Positions 38,179-47,157 of a DNA stretch of 52,893 bases are shown here, piece by piece. Below the pieces are notes generated by a model, which ran no database searches, had not been told where the DNA came from, and saw nothing but the letters and a program-made list of their open reading frames with translations. Both the position numbers and the translations under genes were made by a program. How positions within the stretch are numbered: position 1 is the first letter of the stretch; every line of letters starts with the position of its first letter. The stretch is taken from positions 1-52,893 of the forward strand of contig SKTG01000068.1 in assembly GCA_007118045.1 (NCBI GenBank), read 5' to 3'. This DNA comes from Nitriliruptoraceae bacterium. GTDB taxonomy: Bacteria; Actinomycetota; Nitriliruptoria; Nitriliruptorales; Nitriliruptoraceae.

Positions 38179-38211
38179 CGATGGCCTGACGGTCGGGAAG
38201 CTTCGGTGAAC

Positions 38212-38646
38212 CTACGGCAACCACGTCGGTGGGCTGACTGCGGGGCCCGGAGACGGGCCTTGCCTGGAACGGTCGTCCGACACGGCCACGCGCCGAACCT
38301 CGAGCACCGTGAAGCCCAGCATCGACAACCTCGCGAGGATGCCGGACAGTTCCTCAGGGTCGCGGGCAGCCCCTACCAGGACCGCCCCGTCGCGCTCGGG
38401 TTGCAGGCGGCGCAACTCCGTGAACAACCCGCTGAGCAACTCCTCCGACAGGTCCTCGGCGAGATGGAGATGGTAGGTCGCGCAGGTTCGACATCCTCCC
38501 GAGGCACCGTGGCTCGCGTCCGGGGGGCGAGGCGACGGCGATCCACCCCCTCGCCGGTGGGCTCCTCCGGCTCCCTCACCTGCTTGCACCGTGCCTCCGA
38601 ACCCTCCGTCTCCCAGCTCGGCGCGGCCTGCCAGCGCCCTGGTCAT
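38212..38646 (-). CDS. small conserved actinobacterial protein (YHLxL... ACT/ferredoxin-like fold family); start uncertain
   Basis: The C-terminal ~75 aa, TYHLHLAEDLSEELLSGLFTELRRLQPERDGAVLVGAARDPEELSGILARLSMLGFTVLEVRRV, resembles small proteins often found next to actinobacterial regulators. The Gly-rich N-terminal 60 aa has poor codon bias. The rest of the 502-aa ORF 38212-39720 is a shadow of the LuxR gene. Confidence 0.45.
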   Translation of the reverse strand: MTRALAGRAELGDGGFGGTVQAGEGAGGAHRRGGGSPSPRPPDASHGASGGCRTCATYHLHLAEDLSEELLSGLFTELRRLQPERDGAVLVGAARDPEELSGILARLSMLGFTVLEVRRVAVSDDRSRQGPSPGPAVSPPTWLP

Positions 38647-38877
38647 GGATGATCCCAACCCTGGGATGATCCCGACACCGATGCTACGTCCGGTGGCCTC
38701 ACCGTCATCACCCACCGTGGGGGACCCGGATCGAAGTGCGCCCATCCACCGCGGCCGAGGCGACGAATAGTGCGTCGGGGGATGCTGCTTCCCCGCGATC
38801 CATCGGGAACGAGACCGATGCCTATTCTCGCTAGGGTGACCGCGGATCGAGGCGACGCACGGGCCCCGAGGGACAGC

Positions 38878-41511
38878 ATGAGCGCATCCAGCGACCCGCG
38901 GCTGTCGGCAGCGGCTCCACGGCCTGCGCCAGGTGAGCTCCTCCGCCCACGGGTCCACGCCCTTCTCGACGACGCTTGCAGCGATTCGCCGTTCGTGGGG
39001 ATCATCGCTGGGGCAGGGTTCGGGAAGACGACCGCCCTGGCTGCCTGGGCCCGCGAGACGGATCGCGACGCGGACGTGATCTGGATCGATGCCGGAGAGG
39101 CCGCTACCGCACCCGGCGGTCTGATGGAAGCCATGTGGTCGGCGCTGGAGACCACCGACCTCCCTGTCGAACCCACCGGAGCTGCGTCCGCTCGTGTCGG
39201 AGGACCCAGCCCTCGCTCGCTGGACCGGATGCTGGCCGAGCGCCCTCGAGAGTTGATCCTGATCCTCGACGACCTCCAGGAGGTTCGATCGCGGCTCTCG
39301 TTGTCCTTTCTCGACCGACTGATACGCCTCATGCCGTCCACCGCGACACTCGTCATCGCCTCGCGGTGGGAGCCTCTGCTGCATCTCAACCGGCTGCGCG
39401 CCGAGGGCGGGATGCCCGAGCTCGGTCCCACGGACCTCGCGATGACGCCGGAGGAGATCCGACTCCTGTTCGAAGCTGGCGGCATCCCGTCGGATGAGCA
39501 GCAACTGGCGAACCTCGTCGAGGTGACGGAGGGATGGCCGGTGGCCGTCCGCCTCGCCCACAGCGCCGTCGCAGCCGGTGGGGACCTCGACGACGTCCTC
39601 GGGGGAGGCGGACCGGTCGGTCGGATCGCCGGGCGCTACCTCGCCGACGAGCTGTTCGACCGCCTCCCCGCGGCACACCGGGACGTCCTGGCCTGCATCA
39701 GCATCCTGGACCAGACCCACGCGGGCCTCGCTGAGGAACTGTCCGGCAACGACCTGGCCCCGGCGATCCTCGAAGAGGTCGCGGCGCGTACCGGGCTGTT
39801 CACCCAGCTACCGAGCGCTCCGGGCTGGCTTCGCCTTCACCGGCTCGCGCAGGCGTACCTGCGCACGACGCTCGAGGCCGACGGACCCCAGCGGGTGGCG
39901 GACCTGCACGACCGCGCCGCCCGATGGTTCGCCGGCCGTGGCGACCTCGCGACCGCTGTCCAGCACGCTGTCAGGTCCCGGAACGGGGCGACGATCCGGT
40001 CGATCGTCGAACAGACCGGGCTCCTCGCGCTGCTGTGTTCGGACGAACCCGGTATCCGCATCGCCAGCGAGATCGCGGCGGCTCCACGGGATGCGTGGCC
40101 GAACGGTCGGCCGCTCGTCCTGGCGGTCGCGGTCCTGGCCAGCGCGGATCCGCCCGCCGCCTCCGCCTTGCTCGAGACGGTCGATCCGGCCGCGCTGCCG
40201 TCCGAGGAGGACCGTCGACTGTTGGCGGTGGCCCGCTGCAAGGTGCTGCGCAACCAGGCCCGCATGGAGGAGGCGAGGGCGGCGCTCGCCTCCGCCTCGT
40301 GGCACGGAGCGCAGCCGACGGAGATCGCGCTCCACGACAGCGAGTTCGCCCTCGCGGGGATCAGCGACGAGAGCTACGAGCAGCTCACGCAACGTGCCGA
40401 GAACGCCTTGAGGCTCGCCCGGAGCGTCGGCGCAGATCGGCCCGCGCTCCACCTCCGAGTCGCGCTCAGCGTGCTCAGCCTCGCGCGAGGCGAACCCCGC
40501 GACGCGAAGGAGCACGCTCACGCAGCCCTCTCCCTCGGCAACCTCTTCGGTCCCGAGCTGGAGCTGGAGCTCGCGGAGGCCCGGGTCGCGTGTGACGCAG
40601 CGACGCTCGAGCTCGGGGAGGGCGCCGACCATGACCTCTGCTGCACCATCACGAGCCCCTGGACCGAGCCTGGCGCGCCCGTCCACCTCCTCGTGGCAGG
40701 TACGACGACCAACCTCCACCATCTCTGGCGAACGGGTGAGCCGCCGCGTCCGCTCCTCGATCGAGTCGATCGTGTGCTCGGTTCGATCGATCTGGCCGCT
40801 GTCTACCCGGCGATCCTCTTCGGAGCGGCACATCTGGAACTGCGGCTCGCTGAGGCGTCGCAGGACCTTCACCGGGTGCACCGGGCCGCGAGCAGGCTCC
40901 CCGACCGTTACACCGGGACCGCAGAAGCCCACGTGCTCCGCGCACAGGTGCAGCGCGTGCGACGCGCGTACCGGTCGGGACGGGACGAGCTGCGTCCGGT
41001 GATCCGCGGCGAGGTCCCGACCTTCTGGGGTGCTAGCCGCCTGCTGGTTGTCGCTCTCGATGGTGTCCTGGCTCACCTCGACGACAGTCCCGACACCGCA
41101 AGCCTGCAGGAGGCCGTGGAACTTGCGAGCGCAACCGGGCGGCGAGGGCCGTTCCTCGACCTCGGCGCGCAGATGCACCAGGCCTTGGTCGCACGCCGCG
41201 CCGCTCTGCCGTCCCATGGCGGTTTCGTCGAGGATCTCATCCAAGACCTCCGAGAACGCGATCCGATGCGACTCCCCGAGCCACTGACAGGCGCCGAGAT
41301 CCGGGTGCTCCGCCACCTCGATTCCATGGCGACGCTGCAGGAGATCGCGACCGGGCTCAACCTCAGCCGCAACACGGTCAAGACGCACGCGGCGGCGGTC
41401 TACCGCAAGCTCGACGCGCCGACGCGCCGAGAGGCGGTCACGCGTGCGCGAACGATCGGCATCCTCGGAACGCACCTGCGGCCCAGCCACGAGGACGATG
41501 CGCCCACGTGA
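38878..41511 (+). CDS. LuxR-family large ATP-binding regulator (LAL/MalT-like)
   Basis: Walker A IIAGAGFGKTTALAAW and Walker B LILILDDLQE, a long helical-repeat region, and a C-terminal LuxR HTH LTGAEIRVLRHLDSMATLQEIATGLNLSRNTVKTHAAAVYRKL. ATG 38878 has a GAGGGA Shine-Dalgarno. Confidence 0.88.
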   Translation: MSASSDPRLSAAAPRPAPGELLRPRVHALLDDACSDSPFVGIIAGAGFGKTTALAAWARETDRDADVIWIDAGEAATAPGGLMEAMWSALETTDLPVEPTGAASARVGGPSPRSLDRMLAERPRELILILDDLQEVRSRLSLSFLDRLIRLMPSTATLVIASRWEPLLHLNRLRAEGGMPELGPTDLAMTPEEIRLLFEAGGIPSDEQQLANLVEVTEGWPVAVRLAHSAVAAGGDLDDVLGGGGPVGRIAGRYLADELFDRLPAAHRDVLACISILDQTHAGLAEELSGNDLAPAILEEVAARTGLFTQLPSAPGWLRLHRLAQAYLRTTLEADGPQRVADLHDRAARWFAGRGDLATAVQHAVRSRNGATIRSIVEQTGLLALLCSDEPGIRIASEIAAAPRDAWPNGRPLVLAVAVLASADPPAASALLETVDPAALPSEEDRRLLAVARCKVLRNQARMEEARAALASASWHGAQPTEIALHDSEFALAGISDESYEQLTQRAENALRLARSVGADRPALHLRVALSVLSLARGEPRDAKEHAHAALSLGNLFGPELELELAEARVACDAATLELGEGADHDLCCTITSPWTEPGAPVHLLVAGTTTNLHHLWRTGEPPRPLLDRVDRVLGSIDLAAVYPAILFGAAHLELRLAEASQDLHRVHRAASRLPDRYTGTAEAHVLRAQVQRVRRAYRSGRDELRPVIRGEVPTFWGASRLLVVALDGVLAHLDDSPDTASLQEAVELASATGRRGPFLDLGAQMHQALVARRAALPSHGGFVEDLIQDLRERDPMRLPEPLTGAEIRVLRHLDSMATLQEIATGLNLSRNTVKTHAAAVYRKLDAPTRREAVTRARTIGILGTHLRPSHEDDAPT

Positions 41512-41584
41512 GGTCGTGGCGATCCGGGTCGGGGCTGAGCCGCCGACCCGGGCCCGCCGTTCCGCCTTCGCCGGACGGGAACGC

Positions 41585-42071
41585 TCACTCCGCCGCGAAG
41601 ACCTCGCGGAGCGCCTGTTCCTCCTCCGAGTTCAGGTTCGTGTGGATCAGCTCGCCATCCCTCGGAACGCGCTCGGCCACCTTGTCGACGACCGCCTCCT
41701 GGGACAGCAGGAAGAGGGCCGACGTGCCCGGGGTGATGGCGTCACGGGTGCGTCGGATGAAATCATCATCGATCCCGACATCGCTCAGAGAGCCGCTCAG
41801 CGCACCCGTCGCAGCGCCCACGACCATCCCGAGCAGGGGGCACGAAGAAGATCAGACCGAACAGCAGCCCCCAGAAGGAACCGCTCAGTGCGCCAGCTGC
41901 GGTCAGGTTGTGCAACTGTCGGGTCTTCGGCTTCTTTCGGGACGGATCCCACTCGACGATGGCAGCATCGACGATCTGGATCAGTCCCTCCTTCTGCAGT
42001 TCAGCCAGGGTGTCCTTCGCCCGCTCTGCGCCAGCGGCGTCGTCGTACTTCCACACGGTCATGGTTGCCAT
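41585..42071 (-). pseudogene. DUF1269 membrane protein interrupted by a +1 frameshift in a G5/C5 run
   Basis: MATMTVWKYDDAAGAERAKDTLAELQKEGLIQIVDAAIVEW...NLTAAGALSGSFWGLLFGLIFFVP is in one frame, and (LLG)MVVGAATGALSGSLSDVGIDDDFIRRTRDAITPGTSALFLLS... is in the next. The junction is at the homopolymer at 41836-41840. Confidence 0.68.
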
Positions 42072-42250
42072 AGGAGCTCGCCCTTTCCCACGGTCGTGAC
42101 GTTCCACGGTCGTCCAGGTCGATCGATCGAGGCCGGGACGAGATGACGGGCGGCGCAGGCGTCAACGCTTCGGCCCACGCATACACCCGTAGCCCTCGAC
42201 CCGATCGGCGTGACGACGCGGAGGGTTCCTGAGCCGGGCGGGATGAGGCC

Positions 42251-42267
42251 TCACCCATACCGGGTGA
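42251..42267. repeat. palindromic element copy C: TCACCCATACCGGGTGA
   Basis: Inverted repeat TCACCC-N5-GGGTGA followed by CGCAGG, about 240 nt upstream of ATG 42508. Confidence 0.6.
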
Positions 42268-42323
42268 CGCAGGTGCGGCTCGCGAGCCTGGTCGGGAGGA
42301 CGCCGTCTCCGCCAGCTGTCGAT

Positions 42324-42349
42324 GTCCGTCTCACCCATCGCGGGTGACG
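42324..42349. repeat. palindromic element copy A: GTCCGTCTCACCCATCGCGGGTGACG
   Basis: Matches 25 of 26 nt of the element at 46947-46972. The core is TCACCC-ATCGC-GGGTGA, 161 nt upstream of the catalase-related gene. Confidence 0.7.
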
Positions 42350-42507
42350 TCGAAGGTACGAGGGCGGGTGACGCTGTCGGCCGCTCTGACCTGACCGGGC
42401 TGGCCCCAGCCCATCGTGATCGACCGGTGAGGGGTCGAGACGGAGGTGCACCGAGAGCGTCACAACCTGGAACGGGTGGGTGACGGAACCAGGAGGAACG
42501 AAGCGCG

Positions 42508-43644
42508 ATGCCACAGGATCTCGTGAAGTACTCGCCCGACGTCGAGCGACCAGAACCGGACTTCGACGAGCACCTCGAGACGGTCATCGAGGCGACCAAG
42601 GCATACATCGAGCGATCTGTCGAGAGCGAGGGGGTGGGTCGAGCCACACGCGATGCACACGCGAAAGGCTTCGGGCTGGCGCGGGCGGAAGTGGACATCC
42701 TGGACGACCTGCCCGCCGAGTACGCCCAGGGCATCTACTCGGAGCCCGGGCGGCACGAGGCGCTGATCCGCTTCTCCAACGGTTCGGCCCACTCGGGGTC
42801 TGACGCAGCGATCGGCGACGTCGTGATGGGCATGGGCCTGAAGATCTTCGGGATCGAGGGCGGGAAGCTGCTCGACGACGAGCCGCACTGCACCACCTTC
42901 GACTACGCGATGATCAACGCACCGATCTTCTTCTGCAACACCGTGCGGCACTACGTGTTCATACAGAAGCTGTTCCTGAGCGCCGGCGATTACTTCGCCA
43001 GGGGTCGGCCGGGCCTGCACGATTTCCTCTACGACTGGGTGACGGGCGAGGGCACGCTCGAGAAGGAGGATTGGGCCTGGGACGAACTCGCGGCGATCCT
43101 GTCGTACGTCCGGGTGCAGCCGGTCAACCTGCTGCTGTCCACCTACTGGACGATGGGTGCCCAACGCCACGGAGACTACGTGGCAAAGATCCGAGTGGCT
43201 CCCACCCCAACGGCCGCCGAGACGGTGGTTCGGCGCCATCTCGACCCGAAGACCGACATCGAGGTGTTCCGTCCCGCCCTCGTCGCAGAGCTTCGGGAAC
43301 GACCGTATGAGTTCGATATCCAGGTGCAGCTCTGCGCGGACCTGAAGAGGATGCCTGTCGAGGACCTCACCGTGCAGTGGCCGGAGGGGCTCTCCCCGTT
43401 CGTGACGGTTGCGAAGGTGCGCTTGCCGCAGCAAGACATCTCCGGAGATGACATCCAGGAGGCGATGGATGCCACGTCGATCACGCCGTGGCGTTCCACC
43501 GAGGAGCACCGTCCGTTGGGCAACCTCCAGCGTGCGCGCAGGGAGGTGTACCGGCAGTCGTCGATGCTGCGTCATGCACTGAACCATCAGGCTCGTAAGG
43601 AGCCCCGCACCCTTGCCGAGGTGTTCGGCGGCGCACCGGATTGA
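42508..43644 (+). CDS. catalase-related small heme protein (catalase-family peroxidase-like)
   Basis: 378 aa. Distal-site-like GRATRDAHAKGFG and proximal-Tyr region PLGNLQRARREVYRQSS. AGGAGG Shine-Dalgarno. Confidence 0.82.
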   Translation: MPQDLVKYSPDVERPEPDFDEHLETVIEATKAYIERSVESEGVGRATRDAHAKGFGLARAEVDILDDLPAEYAQGIYSEPGRHEALIRFSNGSAHSGSDAAIGDVVMGMGLKIFGIEGGKLLDDEPHCTTFDYAMINAPIFFCNTVRHYVFIQKLFLSAGDYFARGRPGLHDFLYDWVTGEGTLEKEDWAWDELAAILSYVRVQPVNLLLSTYWTMGAQRHGDYVAKIRVAPTPTAAETVVRRHLDPKTDIEVFRPALVAELRERPYEFDIQVQLCADLKRMPVEDLTVQWPEGLSPFVTVAKVRLPQQDISGDDIQEAMDATSITPWRSTEEHRPLGNLQRARREVYRQSSMLRHALNHQARKEPRTLAEVFGGAPD

Positions 43645-43681
43645 TGGTGCCCGCCTGGCCTCCACGCCTCACGAGGCGAGC

Positions 43682-44662
43682 ATGACGCCGCGCCGAGTGG
43701 TGCTCATCCTGTTCGCGATCGCCCCCATGCTGATCCTGAGCGCGACGGCGTGGTCGGAGAACGCCACGTTGTTCTATCTCGGCATGCTTCCGGCAGCGGT
43801 CGGACTGTCGATCAGCGTGCGCGTGGCGGCAGTGGGTGGCGTGCTGACCGGGGTACTGATGATGCTGGCCGTCCCCTTGCGCGAGGAACCGCTCGCGGGA
43901 GCCTTGTTCATGGCTGCGATCGGCGCGGTGGTCGGGCTCTCGTCGATGCGCGGATGGCACGGTCTCGGCGGCTACGCAGGGCCTCAAACGTCCTTCGCCT
44001 TGCTCGGAGCACCGATGGTCACGATCGTGTCGGGGACCGTCGCGATCGATTCGTCGTGGACTGCGACGACGACGATGGGTGGTTCGGTCGCAGCGGGGGG
44101 CCTGTGGATCGCGTTCATCGGCTGGCTGGCTCGTCATGAGCTCCCGACCCACGAGCCACACATCGTGCCGAGGGTCGTCGCGCAGTACTTCGCCGGCGCG
44201 TTGGCGGCCCTCGTCGGGATCGGGGCCTTCGTGGTGATGCAGTGGTCCACCTCGTCCGACGCATGGTGGCTCCTACTCACGCTGTTCGTCGTGGTCCAAC
44301 CGTTCTACAGCGCGACACTGCAACGCAGCACCTATCGGGTGCTCGGGACGGTAATCGGTGCGGTGATCGCAGCACTCGTCGCCGAGCTGCTCGGGGAGCT
44401 ACCGGTCGTCGTCGCGATCGTGACCCTGATGGTCGTGGCAGGAGCGGTTTGGGCTCAGATGACGCAGCCGTACTGGGTGTACGTGACGTTCCTGACACCG
44501 GCCGTGATCCTCCCGACGTCGAGCCAGACCGAGGCGGTGTTGTTCGCCGACGTTCAACGGGTTGCGTTCACCGTCTGCGCAGCTGCGGTCGCCGTCGGCG
44601 TGCTGACCATCGGCCACCGCCTCGTGACGCGACATCAGCCGCAGTCGTCCACTCGTCCGTGA
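43682..44662 (+). CDS. FUSC/ArAE-like integral membrane protein
   Basis: ~326 aa, highly hydrophobic, with WWLLLTLFVVVQPFYSATLQRSTYRVLGTVIGAVIA typical of fusaric-acid-resistance-like domains. Confidence 0.68.
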   Translation: MTPRRVVLILFAIAPMLILSATAWSENATLFYLGMLPAAVGLSISVRVAAVGGVLTGVLMMLAVPLREEPLAGALFMAAIGAVVGLSSMRGWHGLGGYAGPQTSFALLGAPMVTIVSGTVAIDSSWTATTTMGGSVAAGGLWIAFIGWLARHELPTHEPHIVPRVVAQYFAGALAALVGIGAFVVMQWSTSSDAWWLLLTLFVVVQPFYSATLQRSTYRVLGTVIGAVIAALVAELLGELPVVVAIVTLMVVAGAVWAQMTQPYWVYVTFLTPAVILPTSSQTEAVLFADVQRVAFTVCAAAVAVGVLTIGHRLVTRHQPQSSTRP

Positions 44663-44741
44663 CCGATGGTCTCGTGGACTCGGATGCTCCCAGCCCCACA
44701 GCCTCGGAAGAACGCTGAGCCCCGAAGGAAGAGCCAACCTG

Positions 44742-46121
44742 ATGAAGAAGCGCCAGCCATCCGCCGACCCTTCCGTCGTGCTCCCGGCTTTCACCGAGAG
44801 GTTGAGTACCGACCCGATCCCCAGCCTCCGTCTGTCGGACGATGGCGCCGACCCCGAGGTCGCGTATCGGTTCATCCACGACGAACTGATGCTCGACGGG
44901 AACTCACGGCTCAATCTCGCGACGTTCGTGACGACCTGGATGGACCCCCAGGCCGAGCGGCTGATGGCCGAGACCTTCGACAAGAACATGATCGACAAGG
45001 ACGAGTACCCGTCGACCGCAGAGATCGAGACGCGCTGCGTCAATATCGTCGCGGACCTCTTCCACGCGGAGGGTCTGTCAGAATCCGATGCCACCTCCGC
45101 AACTGGCGTGTCCACTCTCGGTTCGTCCGAGGCCGTGATGCTCGCCGGGCTGGCGATGAAATGGCGCTGGCGGGCAGCTCGAGAAGCTGCAGGTGAGGAC
45201 GCATCGAAGCCGAACTTCGTGCTGGGCTCCAACGTCCAGGTCGTATGGGAGAAGTTCTGCCGCTACTTCGACGTCGAGCCCAAGTACCTGCCGATGGAAC
45301 CGGGTCGCTACGTCGTCACACCCGAGCAGGTTCGCTCGGCGGTGGACGAGAACACCATCGGCGTCCTCGCGATCCTCGGCACGACCTTCACGGGGGAACT
45401 GGAGCCGATCAGCGAGATCGCGGCGGTTCTCGACGAACTCGCCGCGGGAGGACTGGACGTCCCCTTGCATGTCGACGCAGCAAGCGGTGGGTTCGTCGTG
45501 CCCTTCCTGCATCCCGAACTCGAGTGGGACTTCCGCAACCCACGCGTCGCGTCGATCAACGTGAGCGGACACAAGTACGGGCTCACCTATCCGGGCATCG
45601 GCTTCGTGATCTGGCGCTCGAAGGAGTATCTACCTGAGGACCTGGTCTTCCACGTCAACTACCTCGGTGGCGACATGCCCACCTTCACGTTGAACTTCTC
45701 GCGACCCGGTAACCAGGTGGTCGGCCAGTACTACAACTTCGTTCGACTCGGCTACCAGGGGTACAGACGGATCATGGAGTCACTGCGCGATTCGGCGACG
45801 ATGCTCTCCGAGCGGATCGCAGCGGTCGACGGCCTCAACGTGATCACCGACGGCAGCGCGATGCCGGTGCTGTCGTTCAACTGTAGCGACGACCTCGATC
45901 TCACCGTGTTCGACATCTCACACGAGTTGCGCGCACGTGGCTTCCAGGTCCCGGCATACACCATGCCCGCTGATGCGCAGGATGTCGCCGTCCTACGGGT
46001 CGTGATCCGCGAGGGCTTCAACCGCGACATGACGTTCAAGCTCGGCGTCGCGATCGAGGAGGTCGTGGCCAAACTGAAGGCCGAGTCGTCGCCGACTCGA
46101 CCCAGTTCCTTCGCACACTGA
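44742..46121 (+). CDS. gadB: glutamate decarboxylase
   Basis: ELMLDGNSRLNLATFVTTWMDPQAERLM, NMIDKDEYPSTAEIE, SSEAVMLAGLA, HVDAASGGFV and SINVSGHKYGL (PLP lysine). Confidence 0.93.
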   Translation: MKKRQPSADPSVVLPAFTERLSTDPIPSLRLSDDGADPEVAYRFIHDELMLDGNSRLNLATFVTTWMDPQAERLMAETFDKNMIDKDEYPSTAEIETRCVNIVADLFHAEGLSESDATSATGVSTLGSSEAVMLAGLAMKWRWRAAREAAGEDASKPNFVLGSNVQVVWEKFCRYFDVEPKYLPMEPGRYVVTPEQVRSAVDENTIGVLAILGTTFTGELEPISEIAAVLDELAAGGLDVPLHVDAASGGFVVPFLHPELEWDFRNPRVASINVSGHKYGLTYPGIGFVIWRSKEYLPEDLVFHVNYLGGDMPTFTLNFSRPGNQVVGQYYNFVRLGYQGYRRIMESLRDSATMLSERIAAVDGLNVITDGSAMPVLSFNCSDDLDLTVFDISHELRARGFQVPAYTMPADAQDVAVLRVVIREGFNRDMTFKLGVAIEEVVAKLKAESSPTRPSSFAH

Positions 46122-46139
46122 CCCTCCACTGGAGCGACC

Positions 46140-46808
46140 GTGTCCGTGACCTCGGCCCCTCGGGATGGTCCCCACCCCCCGTGGTCGATCGCTCCGACAC
46201 TTCGGGGGCAGTCCTGGTCGTTCATGATCGGCTCGGGCTTGTTCGCGTTGGGGTCGGCTCCGTGGCTCGGCGACCAGCTCGGGACGGTTGGAGCGAACGT
46301 CGCCTTCTTCGTCGGGGCGTGGTTCTTCACCGCTGGCGCGTTCATCCAGCTGGCGTTGAGCGGGCCGTACCGAAGTGAGGCTCCTGGCCACATCGGGCTC
46401 CGGGCGGCATGGCTCGCAGCCGCCGTGCAGCTTCTGGGCACCCTGCTCTTCAACATCAGTACCGGGGCAGCCCTGCACTCCCAGTCCGTACGTGCCGAAC
46501 GCCTCGATGTCTGGGTGCCGAACGCCGAAGGGTCGGTCGCCTTCCTGATCAGTGCCTGCATCGCCATGATCCCCATGCTTCGCGACGGGCAGTACTGGCG
46601 TCCGACATCGCCCGGCTGGTTGAGCACGTGGTTCAACATGCTCGGCTCGATCGCCTTCGGCGTCTCATCAGTTGGCGCGATCATCCTGACGAACGGGGAA
46701 CTGCTCAACGCCACGTTGGCGTCCGCTGGCACGTTCGTCGGGGCGCTCTTCTTCCTCGCCACCAGTGGGGTGATGCTGCCAACGGCACACACCGGACGTC
46801 ACGCATGA
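46140..46808 (+). CDS. YrhK-like multi-pass membrane protein (internal duplication)
   Basis: 222 aa with ~6 TM segments and a repeated GS-x-F-hydrophobic pattern (IGSGLFALGS..FVGAWFFTAG and EGSVAFLIS..LGSIAFGVS..FVGALFFLAT). GTG start with a GGAG Shine-Dalgarno, 18 nt after gadB. Confidence 0.62.
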   Translation: MSVTSAPRDGPHPPWSIAPTLRGQSWSFMIGSGLFALGSAPWLGDQLGTVGANVAFFVGAWFFTAGAFIQLALSGPYRSEAPGHIGLRAAWLAAAVQLLGTLLFNISTGAALHSQSVRAERLDVWVPNAEGSVAFLISACIAMIPMLRDGQYWRPTSPGWLSTWFNMLGSIAFGVSSVGAIILTNGELLNATLASAGTFVGALFFLATSGVMLPTAHTGRHA

Positions 46809-46946
46809 GGGATCGTCAAGACATGACCCGCCCGAGCGCACCGTCGCCACTGGAGTCGGCCAGGTCGATCCGCAGGCTCTAGTCGTCGCCACCACCGTGC
46901 GGTTGCAAGCGTCGGGGCGCGAATGACGGCTCGCGCCGGAGCAACC

Positions 46947-46972
46947 GTCCATCTCACCCATCGCGGGTGACG
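46947..46972. repeat. palindromic element copy B: GTCCATCTCACCCATCGCGGGTGACG
   Basis: Near-identical to 42324-42349. Lies 188 nt upstream of ATG 47158. Confidence 0.7.
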
Positions 46973-47157
46973 CTGCACGGACGACGCTGAGCGACCCTGC
47001 CGATCGTCCTGATCCGAGCGCTGATGCCGTCCGTAGGGGAACCCGACGGCGAGAACGTCAGGTCAGGTGGATCGGCCGTTCGGAGCTTCTGTGGAGAGCG
47101 GGGAGACATCTGCCGGCCGAGTGACGAGGCGATCCTCAACCGAAAGGAACACCGAAC

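Noticed and set aside
47030-47070. ECF-sigma-type promoter GGGAAC...CGTC upstream of 47158.
   Set aside because: The spacer between GGAAC and CGTC is only ~13 nt against the usual 16-17 nt.
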